The position numbers and the translations under genes are program-made. Below, piece after piece: positions 41,153 through 52,760 of a DNA stretch of 64,000 bases. Source of the DNA: Octopus vulgaris. Taxonomy: Eukaryota. The stretch covers positions 93,868,001-93,932,000 of the forward strand of contig OX597821.1 in assembly GCA_951406725.2 (NCBI GenBank), given 5' to 3'. How positions within the stretch are numbered: position 1 is the first letter of the stretch; the number at the start of each line of letters is the position of its first letter. The notes under the pieces are model-generated. The model had not been told where the DNA came from. It was given only the letters and a program-made list of their open reading frames with translations, and searched no databases.

Positions 41153-42136
41153 TTTATTGTTTTTTTAAGTCTGGTACTTATTTTATTTGTCTCTTTTACC
41201 AGACCACTAAGTTACAGGGAATCTGTTTTACTAAGTGATATACTCTATACCATGTATCGAGTACACACTTCCTCTTCCTTGGACGATCTGCTGTTTGAAT
41301 GCATCTATATATATATATATATATATATATCATCATCATCATCATCATCATCATTTAACGTCCACTTTCCATGCTAGCATGGGTTGGACGGTGCAACTGG
41401 GGTCTGGGAAGCCAGAAGGCTGCACCAGGCCCAGTCTGATCTGGCAGTGTTTCTACGGCTGGATGCCCTAGCTAACGCCAACCACTCCGTGAGTGTAGTG
41501 GGTGCTTTTTACGTGCCACCCGCACAGGTGCCAGACAGAGCTGGCAATGGCCACGAACGTATGGTGCTTTTTACGTGTCACCGGCACGGGAGCCAGGCGA
41601 GGCTGGCAACATATATATATATATATATATGTATCTGTGTGTGGATGTATAACTGAGTGTGTGTGTACACATGCACATCACTGCACACACTCATTCGGTG
41701 ATAAGTCTGACATAAAATATCTCTTCAAACTAAATATTATTTTACTGTTTCACTGTTACCATTATCAAGAATATACTGTGTTGGTACTACTATCACTGTG
41801 TTATATAAATTTTCCCATGCTATAACATCCTTTCAGTGTTATGTGTCTGCAGTTTAGCTGTAAACTGATCTGCTTAACAATAGAAGTGTCTTTTTTATTG
41901 GTTATTAAAGAGGTTTTGATATGAAGCTTTCTTCGCAAGAATTAGAAACAAAAAAAAGGGAAAATTTTAACAAACACTTTTTCTATTTTCTTCATGTTTT
42001 TTCTCATCAGACTGCAGCCATACTGGGACAGTACTTTCAGGTATATAGCCAATCATAGTTGACCACAGCTCTTGTCAGCTGGTATTTAACAAGGGAACCA
42101 ACTCAGAGATAATACATGTATAGGTGTCTCTATATG

Positions 42137-42172
<36 letters not shown>

Positions 42173-42173
<1 letters not shown>

Positions 42174-43057
42174 CATCATCATCGTTTAACGTCCGCTTTC
42201 TGCGCTAGCACGGGTTGGACGGTTCGACCAGGGTCTGGGAAGCCAGGGGCAGCACCAGGCTCCAGTCTGATCTGGCAGTGTTTCTACGGCTGGATGCCCT
42301 TCCTAATGCCAACCACTCCGCGAGTGTAGTGGGTGCTTTTTACGTGCCACCTGCACAGGTGCCAGGGGGGGTCTGGCATCGGCCACGATCAGTTGGTGCT
42401 TTTAACATGCCACCGGCACGGAAGCCAGCCAAGGCGGCGCTGGCATCGGCCATGTTCGGATGGTGCTTTTTATGTGCCACCGGCACAGAAGCCAGTCGAG
42501 GCGACGCTGGCATCGGCCACATTCGGATAGTGCTTTTTATGTGCCACCAGCACAGAAGCCAGTTGAGGCGGCGCTGGCAACGGCCACGTTCGGATGGTGC
42601 TTTTTATGTGCCACCGGCACAGGTATCACAACTACTATTTCCATTGATATTCGTTTCGATGTTCATGTACATGCACTTGACTCAACAGGTCTCCTCAAGC
42701 ATAGCGAGATGTTCTGGGACCCAAGGTACTTTGAATGTGCAGGGGCTATGCGGAACTGGTGCCGGAAGCATCCCGGGTCTTTGCAGTCACAGCACATCTC
42801 CAGAGATCTCGGTCCTTCGCCATTGCCTCAGTGAGGCCCAACGCTCTGAGGTCATGCTTGACTACCTCATCCCATGTCTTCCTGGGTCTACCTCTCCCCC
42901 TGATTCCTTCAATTGTTTGGGAGCGGCACTTCTTTACACATCTCTCCTCATCCATCCGCAGTACATGACCATACCATCGCAGGCGTCGCTCTTGCACACC
43001 ACATCTGATGCTTCTTATGTCCAGTATTTCTCTCAGGGTGCTTACACTGTCGTGCAT
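42173..43057 (-). mobile_element. 5'-truncated RTE-clade LINE: ORF C-terminus plus complete 3' UTR with tandem modules and (GAT)n tail
   Basis: ERRLRWYGHVLRMDEERCVKKC...GRGRPRKTWDEVVKHDL...DRDLWR is contiguous with the abundant family C repeat, which identifies that repeat as the RTE 3' end. Confidence 0.92.
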
Positions 43058-43058
43058 T

Positions 43059-43094
<36 letters not shown>

Positions 43095-44327
43095 CAAGGG
43101 TAAGATCCAAGGATCTGAGTGTAGGAAGTTTATAAGCTTCAAGCAGTGCATGGCAGGTATAAATAACAAAAAGTAGACAGTGTACATTAAGGAACAATTC
43201 ACCACTGAGGTGAGTTAACTTGGAAATTTCAAGTGACAATATAACTTTCATTTAACGATTAATTAAGATAATCTCTGCCTGAGGATTAGATAAGTTGAAT
43301 ACCCCTCATTGCATTACTATTACATAATTATATCTGAGTATTGAGGTAAAATATCCACTCTGCAAGAATAGTCTTTCTTATCCTATTGTAAGAAGTCTAC
43401 TTCACAAAAATGACAACAGTATCCTATTGGCAACACCAATTTGTTATATTTCTCTAATTTATTTACAAAGAATAGAGCAATAATCCAGATAGGTGTGTTG
43501 TCTGTGGTTCAATATACTTCTCTCATTTACCTGCGAAGAAGAAAACACAGTGGTACTCCAAATAGGTGTGAAGTCTGTTTATTCTAACTGTAAAACTCAA
43601 GACAGTAATAATAATCATCATCATCATCATCGTTTAACGTCCGTTTTCTGCGCTAGCACAGGTTGGACGGTTCGACCGGGGTCTGGGAAGCCAGGGGCTG
43701 CACCAGGCTCCAGTCTGATCTGGCAGAGTTTCTACAGCTGGATGCCCTTCCTAACGCTAACCACTCCGCGAGTGTAGTGGGTGCTTTTTACGTGCCACCT
43801 GCACAGGTGCCAGCGGGGTCTGGCATCGGCCACGATCAGTTGGAGCTTTTAACGTGCCACCGGCACGGAAGCCAGCCAAGGCGGTGCAATAATGTAAATG
43901 AAAAATCGAGACGTCTTGTGAAAGTTCTCTAGAGTTCCAGAACTTTGAATTCTATTGACTAGTAATCTCCATAACAGAGTTATTCAATTATCTATTATCA
44001 TTTCCCTTCCACCTTTGGACTTCATCCCTACCAGGACATCTTCTGTGCCTTTACTTCCCTCCTTCTCTATCAATAAGTGACTGCCATAGTTTCAAGTTAA
44101 ATATTAACTAGTATTAACCCCAATCTGTTATCTCCTATTTCATCTCGGTAATGTCCCATTTAGTTATTTTTAGTTAGTGTTAATGCTATTCTACATGAAT
44201 TGCCTTGTAATTTGTAGAGGCTGTGTATCCTCCATATCAATTTTTTCTCTTTCATGATTTTTATATCTAGTTGCCCTTCTTATCACCAAGTACTTTACAA
44301 CATGGAATCGGTGCATTGTATCATACC

Positions 44328-44542
44328 TATTTCTTTACTACCCACAAGGGGCTAAACACAAAGGGGACAGACAAACGGATTAAGTCTATTACATTGACCC
44401 CAGTGCGTAACTGGTACTTATTTAATCGACCTCGAAAGGATGAAAGGCAAAGTCGACCTCGGCGGAATTTGAACTCAGAACGTAATGACAGACGAAATAC
44501 GCCTACACATTTCGCCCGGCGTGCTAACGTTTCTGCCAGCTC
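44328..44542 (-). mobile_element. SINE family B with 15-bp TSD GCATTGTATCATACC
   Basis: Direct repeat at about 44313 and 44543. Confidence 0.9.
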
Positions 44543-44874
44543 GCATTGTATCATACCACCAGTAGAGATGTTCTCTGCTAGTACTGTATGAGATTTCGTT
44601 CTGTGGATGGAGAAACTTGAGTATCTTAACCCTTTGACTTTTAGATTACTTTGTCAAATGCAATGCTTATCTATTCCAATTGTTTTCAAGTAAACTTACT
44701 ATCTCTCACAGCTTTGAAATTTCAATGATGTTATTGACTGTCTTTAGAATAACAATGTAGGGTAGGTGTGAGGGGTCAGATTTGTCCGGTTTGAGCATAA
44801 AGCAAGTAGAATATTTGGGCTGGATACACCTGGTTTAAAAGGTAAAGGATTAAAATTTAACTATTTTTTCACGT

Positions 44875-45277
44875 GAGTGGCTTTGTGGTAAGTAGCTTGC
44901 TTACCAACCACAGGGTTCCGGGTTGAGTCCGACTGCATGGCATCTTGGGCAAGCGTCTTCTGCTATAGCCTCGGGCTGACCAAAGCTTTGTGAGTGGATT
45001 TGGTAGACAGAAACTGAAAGAAGCCCGTCGTATATATGTATGTGTGTGTGTGTGCATGTGTTTGTGTGTCTGTGTTTGTCCCCCCAACATCGCTTGACAA
45101 CCGATGCTGGTGTGTTTACGTTCCCCATTAACCTAGCAGTTTGGCAAAACAGACTGATAGAATAAGTACTAGGCTTACAAAGAATAATTCCTGGGGTCGA
45201 TTTGCTCGACTAAAGGCGGTGCTCCAGTATGGCCACAGTCAAATGACTGAAACAAATAAAAGAATAAAAGAAAAAGA
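44875..45277 (+). mobile_element. SINE family A
   Basis: Colinear with consensus. Confidence 0.9.
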
Positions 45278-45801
45278 ATTGAAAATTATGATCCAATCAT
45301 TGTTAGTGTCAGTTTAGAATGTTTCTTTTTAGATTTAACGAAACACTTGTAAACATTTTTCCTAATCTTACACAATCAAAATATGTAACATTTTAATTAG
45401 GTGTGTAATCAGTTTGTAATGCATAAGGTTACTCTGTGTTTATGTGTGTGTGTATGCATATCTATATATATGTAAGTGTATATAATATGTATGTATGCAC
45501 ACACTCTGCCTTATATACTGAGTAGAATTTCTTCCATTTGTAAAATCAAACATATATATAAAATTTGTAAACAGAGTTACAAACATCATCATCATCATCG
45601 TCGTTTAACATCTGCTTTCCAAGCTAGTATGGGTGGAAATTTTGACTGAGGACTGGCGAACCAGATGGCTGCACCAGGCTCCAGTCTGATCTGGCAGAGT
45701 TTCTACAGCTGGATGCCCTTCCTAACGCCAACCACTCCAAGAGTGTAGTGGGTGCTTTTACGTGCCACCGGCATGAGGGCCAGTTAGGCGGTACTGGCAA
45801 C

Positions 45802-46257
45802 AGCTGTCGAGCTGGCAGAAACGTTAGCACGCCGGGCGAAATGCTTAGCGGTATTTCGTCTGCGTTACGTTGTGAGTACAAATTCCGCCAAGGTCGACTT
45901 TGCCTTTCATCCTTTCGGGGTCGATAAATATAGTACCAGTTACACACTGGGGTTGATGTAATCGACTTAACCCTTTCGTTACCAACCCGGCTAAAACCGG
46001 CTTTGACTCTGTAGTATAAATGTCTTCTTTTCATAAGTTTTCAATTAAAATCTTCCACTAAATCTTAGTCACAATTTATTTTCTGAACACTAGCTGAATG
46101 ATAGCTAAATTACTTTACTAAATTCTTTGTCATATTTAAAGTAATTGAAAGAAACACAGAGCATCTCAAAATAAATACAGTAACGAAAGGGTTAATACCT
46201 ATGTCTGTCCTTGTTTGTCGCCTCTGTGTTTAGCCCCTTGTGGGTCATAAAGAAATA
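45802..46257 (+). mobile_element. SINE family B with 12-bp TSD, containing a MITE
   Basis: TSD GGTACTGGCAAC at 45790-45801 and 46258-46269. Confidence 0.9.
45971..46191. mobile_element. piggyBac-like MITE family 1, nested in a SINE
   Basis: Perfect TIRs CCCTTTCGTTAC / GTAACGAAAGGG, TTAA TSD. Confidence 0.88.
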
Positions 46258-46309
46258 GGTACTGGCAACGGCTATGCCCAAATGGTGTTTTTTTTTTTTT
46301 TTACCTAGC

Positions 46310-46311
<2 letters not shown>

Positions 46312-46342
<31 letters not shown>

Positions 46343-47575
46343 TTAGCGTCCGTTTTCCATGCTAGCATGGGTTGGACGGTTCAACTGGGGTCTGGGGAGC
46401 CCGAAGGCTGCACCAGGCCAGTCAGATCTGGCAGTGTTTCTACAGCTGGATGCCCTTCCTAACGCCAACCACTCCGAGAGTGTAGTGGGTGATTTTATGT
46501 GCCACCGACACAGGTGCCAGACGAGGCTGGCGAACGGCCACGCTCGGATGGTGTTTTTATGTGCCACCGACACAGGTGCCAGACGAGGCTGGCAGACGGC
46601 CACGCTCGGATGGTGTTTTTATGTGCCACCGACACAGGTGCCAGACGAGGCTGGCAGACGGCCACGCTCGGATGGTGTTTTTATGTGCCACCGACACAGG
46701 TGCCAGATGAGGCTGGCGGACGGCCACGATCGGATGGTGTTTGTTACGTCCCCAAAGCACGGAGGCCAGTCTATGCGGTACTGGCTACGGCCACGTTCGG
46801 ATGATTTTCTTGTGTGCCACCGGCACTGGTACCACAAAGATACAAATTCCATTTATGTTCATCTATTTTGATTTGATTTGATTTGATTTTCACTTGCCTC
46901 AACAGGTCTTCACAAGTGTCACAAGAAGGAAGGTATGCACAGGTGGACTGTCTACGTCGCCGGGTCTTCGGATGGTGTCTTTATGTGCCACCGACACAGG
47001 TGCCAGATGTGGCTGGCGAACGGCCACGATCGGATGGTTTTCTTGTGTGCCACCGGTACTGGAACCACAAAGATACAAATTCCATTGATGTTCATCTATT
47101 TTGATTTGGTTTGATTTTGATTTTGATTTTTTGATTTTCACTTGCCTCAACAGGTCTTCACAAGTGTCACGCGTGTCACACACTTGCCTCAACAGGTCTC
47201 CACAAGTGTCACACACTTGCCTCTGCCTCAACAGGTCTTCACAAAGTGTCACACACTTGCCTCTGCCTCAACAGGTCTTCACAAGTGTCATAAGAGGGAA
47301 GGTATGCACAGGTGGACTGACTACGTCGCCGGGTCTTTGGATGGTGTTTTTATGTGCCACCGACACAGGTGCCAGGTGAGGCTGGCGAACGGCCACGATC
47401 AGATGGTGTTTGTTGTGCCCACAGCACGGAGGCCAGTCGATGCGGTACCAGCTACGGCCACGTTCGGATGGTTTTCTTGTGTGCCACCTGTACTGGAACC
47501 ACAAAGATACAAATTCCATTGATATTCATCTATTTTGATTTGGTTTGATTTTCACTTGCCTCAACAGGTCTTCAC
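46312..47575 (-). repeat. RTE 3' UTR with expanded 62-bp tandem array and higher-order duplication
   Basis: GCCACC recurs at 46501, 46563, 46625 and 46687. The block CCACAAAGATACAAATTCCATT...CACTTGCCTCAACAGGTCTTCACAA occurs three times. Confidence 0.9.
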
Positions 47576-47859
47576 AATATTTAATTAATATGTGTACACA
47601 CACACAATTTTGTGGTGTGCATGTATGTATGTCAGTGTTCAATCTTTCTGGACACATAGTTGTCTGTACATCTGTACATCCCATTATGATCATCCTAAAT
47701 TACTATTATTTTCAGAGCATTCATTATTCTAATTAGATACTTTGTGTTTTAGTACAGCTATCATCCATTTGATGTAGGCATTTATTTTGTAAATTCTTTT
47801 CATTATTGTGTTAGAAATTACTGTCATCATCATCATCATCATTATTATTTTTATTATAT

Positions 47860-48512
47860 AAGGTGATGCTCTGGCAGAATTGTTAGTCTGTTGAACAAAA
47901 TATTTGGCAGTATTTCTTCCAGTGCTTTAAGTTCTGAGTTCAAATCCCACCAGGGTCAAATTTGTATTTCACCCTTTTGGGTGGGGTCAATAAAATATAG
48001 TATCTGCCAAGTATTAGGGTGGATGTAATCAACTTGCTCCTGCCCTAAAACTATTCCTGGCCTTGTGCCAAAATTAGAAAGAATACTATGCCAGACAAAA
48101 TGCTTAGCAGCATTCCTTTCGGCTTTTCATTCAAAGTTCAAGGTCAACTTTGCCTTTCATCCTTTTAGCCTTTCAGGGTCAATAAATTAAGTACCAGTGA
48201 ACCACTGGGGTCAATGTGATCAACCAGTCCTCTCCCCCAGACTTTGTGCCTTTAGTAGAAAGGATTATCATCATCATCATCATCGTCATTATTACTAAGG
48301 CAGTGAGCTGAGAGAATCGTTAGCACACCAAACAAGATGCTTAGCAACATTTCTTCCATTTTTACGTTCTGAGTTCAAATTCCACCAAGGTCAGCTTTGG
48401 CCTTTCATCTTTTAGGGGTCAGTAAAATAAAGTACTAGTCGAGTACTGAGATTAATGTAACTGACTTGCTCATTTCCCCAAACTTGCTGGCCTTGTGCCT
48501 ATAGTATAAAGA
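47860..48512 (+). mobile_element. Cluster of three older family B-like SINEs. Similar old copies near 1445, 39702, 57905
   Basis: Repeated CTGGCAGAAT.GTTAG...GAGTTCAAAT...GCCTTGTGCC units. Confidence 0.75.
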
Positions 48513-48554
48513 ATTATTATTATTATTATTATTATCATCATTATTATTATTATT

Positions 48555-48890
48555 CAGTAGTTTTATTTTTATAGCGTGCTTTCACTTCACTACCGAGCGC
48601 AGCTCTGTGTGCCTTGGGTATGTGCTGTGTAATGCTCTGTTGTAATGCTCTGATGGTTATTGTATGGAAAGTGTTCTGCGTAGGATGTGTGCAGTGCCTA
48701 GTAGTGCAATTTTCTGTATGTTATATGTGTTTGTAAGTCCTGGTGTTTTTGTTATGTATTTGTCTGAATATTTTTTTATCATGCCTAATGCACCTACTCT
48801 GATAGGAATTGTTTCTGTTTTTAGATTCCACATTCTGGTTACCTCTATTTTCAGGTCTTTGTATTTTGAAAGTTTCTCCATTTCTTTTAG
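48555..48890 (-). mobile_element. 3' fragment of a restriction-endonuclease-type non-LTR retrotransposon (R4/Dong-like) in (TAA)n
   Basis: EKLSKYKDLKIEVTRMW...IPIRVGALGMI...IQKIALLGTAHILRRTL is the typical REL C-terminus. Both flanks are (TTA)n. Confidence 0.8.
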
Positions 48891-48891
<1 letters not shown>

Positions 48892-48966
<75 letters not shown>

Positions 48967-48981
48967 TTCATTATTATTATT
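48892..48981. repeat. (ATT)n microsatellite
   Basis: Direct inspection. Confidence 0.97.
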
Positions 48982-49654
48982 AAAGTTGACAGTGGTTTGT
49001 CAGCATAAAGGACCACGCCATGCATTTTACAATATTAAGTTATTTCCCTTAGCATTAAGGAGTCCAAATTATGCTGGGTTTCACGAAATAAATAATGATG
49101 CAAAATAGTGTGGTCAGTTTAATCAATTGTCGCCCATCCTACGAAGCACTTGAAATTGTTTCTCCTCTTTCCGTCTTGCTGTAGGCTTAAATTATTTTGA
49201 CACGAGACAAAATAAGTGCCTGCCCTTCTGCATGACTCATAATTTCGTTAAATGTCTTTCTGTAATAAGCGTTGCACATGTTGTATGCACACTCGGAATA
49301 AACACACATGCCTTGTGTGTAATATGAACATGCTCAAAGTCTGTTATATGCCACAATCACATGTACTCTTACAAACCCTTTCAAACATACATACACACAC
49401 ACACACACACTTTAGGGATATATCTTCAATTCACAAGTATTCCAGCGTACACACCTTCACATAACACACACACACACTCAACATTATCAGCTGTTTCTAT
49501 AGAATTACGTATCACACTTCCTTTCTCTGCTTATTAGCTAGTTGTGGACAATTGTGTGTGTGTGTGTTAGTATGTGTATATGCATTTTATATGTGAGTAT
49601 ATGTATATGAGAATGAGCGTTATGTAAATAAGGGTTACATATGTGATTCTTGTA

Positions 49655-49886
49655 AGGTGGCGAACTGGCAGAAACGTTAGCACGCCGGGCGAAATGCGTA
49701 GCTGTATTTCGTCTGCCCTTACGTTCTGAGTTCAAATTCCGCCAAGGTCGACTTTGCCTTTCATCCTTTCGGGGTTGATAAATTAAGTACCAGTTACGCA
49801 CTGGGGTCGATGTAATCGACTTAATACCTTTGTCTTTCCTTGTTTGTCCCCTCTATGTTTAGCCCCCTGTGGGCAATAAAGAAATA
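49655..49886 (+). mobile_element. tRNA-derived SINE family B
   Basis: GGTGGCGAACTGGCAGAAACGTTAG (A box), GAGTTCAAATTCC (B box), GCCTTTCATCCTTTCGGGG central domain, tail AATAAAGAAATA. Confidence 0.88.
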
Positions 49887-49924
49887 TATATGTGATACTT
49901 GTTTGCATGCTTGCATGCAGATAC

Positions 49925-49960
<36 letters not shown>

Positions 49961-50395
49961 TTATTTAAAAACCAAAGACCCATCAAGCTCTCATTTCTGT
50001 TGTTTTCCTTGCTCCCTCTGTTCTGATGTATGCAATTGCTATTGTCTCTCTCTTCCCATCCCATCCCATCCCATCTCTACAATTCTACAATCCTTTTTGT
50101 TGTTTGCTGAAAGAAAAAAAAAAAAACCGAATTTTTTTCACATGCATAATTATCAATACAAATATCATAAATTAGGTACAGAGGGTAGTCTTTTCTTCCC
50201 ACCCCAGAAAACAAATGTAAAATACACATATTCATGTACATCTGTATGAACATAAATGCATGCTTGTGCATTGATAGAGACACAGATATAACGATAAAAT
50301 TTTGTATATATATATATATAAAGGGTGAAATATAATTAATTTAATAAAATCAATTTCACCTCGTAGTCTTTCGGTATGGAAAGGACCATATTCGG

Positions 50396-50546
50396 TATAT
50401 AATTATAATAAAGGGTTTTTTGCAACAAGTTGCTTAAACCACATACCGAAAATATTAGAAATATTTGCTATAGACTGCTATTTCTAATATTTTCGGTATG
50501 TGGTTAAAGCAACTTGTTGCAAAAAACCCTTTATTATAATTATATA
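50396..50546. repeat. Near-perfect inverted repeat, 68-bp arms, 15-nt spacer
   Basis: 50396-50463 is the reverse complement of 50479-50546 with one mismatch. Confidence 0.95.
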
Positions 50547-50659
50547 TATATATATATATTTATAAATGAGGGTGAAAAATTGATATTAATTTAATAATAC
50601 CATTAATTTAATACCAAGTGGCTTAGCACGTAAAACTAGGGAGATAATACAAATTTATG

Positions 50660-50693
<34 letters not shown>

Positions 50694-50756
50694 AAAGGGA
50701 GAGAAAGTGGTAAATAAAGCAGAAGAAATAGAACAAATAGGATTCTATACGTAAGA

Positions 50757-50794
<38 letters not shown>

Positions 50795-50994
50795 TATCAT
50801 CATCATCATCATCATCATTTATGACTCAAGGGCTGAGAGTTTTGTGCTTTGATAAATGCAATGCCCAAAACGCATGGCCTTTGAGTCACTTATGTAATTT
50901 TGCAGCCGATTAAATTGTTTGTTTGTTTGTGTGTGTGTGTGTACACATAGAGTGACTGCTTCTGCGTCTCTCTCTCTCTCCTCCTCTCTCTCTT

Positions 50995-51030
<36 letters not shown>

Positions 51031-51245
51031 CCACCCACACACATACACACATCAGTGTCAGTTGCGTCAACTTCCCGACTTCCTTCCTCTTTCTCTCTCT
51101 CTCTCTGTCTTTCTACATTATGTCCACCACACAACAAGTGGCCGTACGAGCCGCCTGAATGTGGTGGACATTTGTTGCATGCACTGATGCTATCCAAAAT
51201 CTCAAAGTTCCTCAGTGCTAACCTTCTTCATCAATTACCTTCCAG

Positions 51246-51336
51246 GCAGGGGGCAGCAGAAGTTCGAAAGCAGATCCATTCTCCAGCCATCACCAACGAA
51301 ATACCTAAAAGTACCAGTGGAATAAACCTAGCTGTT
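51246..51336 (+). CDS. DOCK7: DOCK-C (DOCK6/7/8, Zir-like) GEF, coding exon equivalent to vertebrate exon 2
   Basis: Acceptor ttccag|G (phase 2), donor GTT|gtgagt (phase 0). Encodes (x)QGAAEVRKQIHSPAITNEIPKSTSGINLAV, matching recalled human DOCK7 RTVAAEVRKQISG. Confidence 0.88.
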
Positions 51337-52541
51337 GTGAGTATGCAATATTGTATATGTTTACATATATATGTATATATATATGTGTGTGTGTGTGTAT
51401 ATTTGTGACTGCGTGAACATATCTACATATAGGAGTGTGCTTGTATGTATTAATATGTATATACGTACACTTGTGCTGTACTTTTTGCTTCCCCATCATC
51501 ATTACCACTGCCAGAGCTTCAAGTATCACTCAAACAACTAAGTAGAAAACAAACTTCACACACACACACACTCATTCTCATTCTTTCCCCCCCCCCCACC
51601 ATCATCCGTCACTGTTTTTCTTTTTTTGCTTTCCCTTCTATCACCTATTTCCTTTTATTTCTCTTGACTGTATCTCCCTTCCTCTCTCCCTCTCATTGCA
51701 CACACACACACACACACGTACACACATACATGCATATATGCATAGAGGTGCATAGGATATACACACACACACATAAACACACACAGGCATTGTGTTTCTT
51801 TGACATTTACTTAATAATCAACATTTGTCTGTTTTTTTTAAGGGACCTCATTTTCATCTAACTGCCAACTTCCAGTTCTTTACTAAAGTTTATACAATTC
51901 AGCTTGTTTCATTTTAACACACACGCACACATAAAAATACACACAGTAATTATATCTTCTTGTCATCCAATGCATTTTACATAGATTTAACTTGTGAAGT
52001 ATTGGTGTGATGTAAGCTGCCATTGTATACATGCTTTGTTTATTATTGCTGTTAACTAGTCTTTCTCAACCAAATTTTTTACCTAGGGACCCCTTTGATT
52101 CCTATTTTATTTGCGTGAACCCTTATAGCCGTTTGATGTTAAAAAAAAAATCCAGTTATATTTTAAGAATTAAATATTATTAGAAATTGTATAAAAAGTA
52201 TTATTATAATATTTTGTGTACTATAGAAGTATAACCAATTTATTGCAGGTAAATTTTAGCAACAAAATCTTATATGGACTCTGGGTTCGAACCATTGCTT
52301 CACTGGCTTGAATGTCTCAACTCAAGCATCAGACACATCATTTAAAAATATCCATATTGATGCATTGTTCCTACCCATGCCCAGCATGGAAGGCAGACGT
52401 TAAACGATGAGGACCCATTTTGATGTGTCTATGTATATGCTTATGTTCCCATGACCATTTTCTAAGACTTGTGAGAGAAAGGGAAATTATTCTCAGACTG
52501 GAGAATGCGTTCATTGGCCAAGTGGCAGTGTTAGTCTAAGC

Positions 52542-52760
52542 CAGTGGTTTTCAACCAGGGTTCCGCGGAACCTTAGGGTTCCGCCAGTACAGTCCAGGGG
52601 TTCTGCAAGAAGTTACAAAACTGCTAAAATCAGCAGTAATTTTTAATTCTCCTGTGCAGATATGTGTGCATAAAACTATTAAATTATTGCACAGGGGTTC
52701 CTCGAGCCAGTGGAATGTTTCCTTGGGGTTCCGCTCCAGCAAAAAGTTTGAAAAGCACTG
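52542..52760. mobile_element. hAT (Charlie-like) MITE
   Basis: TIRs CAGTGGTTTTCAACC / GTTTGAAAAGCACTG and perfect 8-bp TSD GTCTAAGC (52534-52541, 52761-52768). Confidence 0.9.

Noticed and set aside
42215-43135. 306-aa plus-strand ORF and similar MDGSTGVWEAR... ORFs
   Set aside because: Antisense reading of the GC-rich RTE 3' UTR and ORF; recurs at every repeat copy.
46490-46740. CRISPR-like appearance of repeats with a variable segment
   Set aside because: Eukaryotic DNA, no cas genes, and the variable part is only a 6-11 nt hairpin loop, not a unique spacer.
50150-50185. Peptide YKYHKLGT in ORF 49899-50249, resembling human DOCK7 RKYHKLGTG
   Set aside because: Out of order (upstream of exon 2), no splice context, and the equivalent position is already filled by exon 62446-62560. 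Chance match.
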